A DNA stretch of 64,000 nt, from the NCBI RefSeq assembly GCF_006345805.1, contig NC_043022.1, positions 24,180,001-24,244,000 on the forward strand, written 5' to 3'. Shown here piece after piece: positions 63,830-64,000 of the stretch (position 1 is the stretch's first letter; each line of letters opens with the position of its first letter). The translations under genes and the position numbers were made by a program. A model generated the notes under the pieces. That model had not been told where the DNA came from. It was given only the letters and a program-made list of their open reading frames with translations, and did no database searches. Source of the DNA: Octopus sinensis (taxonomy: Eukaryota).

Positions 63830-64000
63830 TATAAAGAGAGCATATGTGCGTACGTATGTATATGTATACATACATTTATATATATGCATTTATACATAAA
63901 TGCACACACATATCTATATATATATATAGAAACACACATGTGTGGGTTGTGTGTGTGTGTGTGTGTGTGAACAAATGTACTTCTCTGAAGGAGAGAGAGA

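Overview
Eukaryotic, AT-rich, microsatellite-dense DNA. The SINE, LINE and MITE content points to a coleoid cephalopod, most likely Octopus (inference from repeat motifs). Most of the window reads as long introns of one minus-strand gene. Four short exons (11707-11823, 7880-7915, 5639-5670, 1191-1214) have good splice sites and join in frame into a Ser/Thr-rich peptide; the gene is not identified. The rest is mostly transposon-derived: a young 5'-truncated RTE-type LINE with a PHD finger inside its RT region and many short copies of its 3' tail; BovB-like RTE, R4/Dong and CR1 remnants; at least four tRNA-SINE families; Merlin-like and piggyBac-like MITEs; maT (DD37D) and mariner remnants; and Penelope-type repeats carrying minimal hammerhead ribozyme motifs. 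Nearly all ORFs in the supplied track are microsatellite artefacts. The best leads are a ~100-nt pre-miRNA-like hairpin (56253-56354), the hammerhead motifs, the microexon chain, short locally templated insertions into SINEs, and a 43-bp target-site duplication. No database searches or folding computations were run; coordinates were counted by hand and repeat boundaries are approximate.
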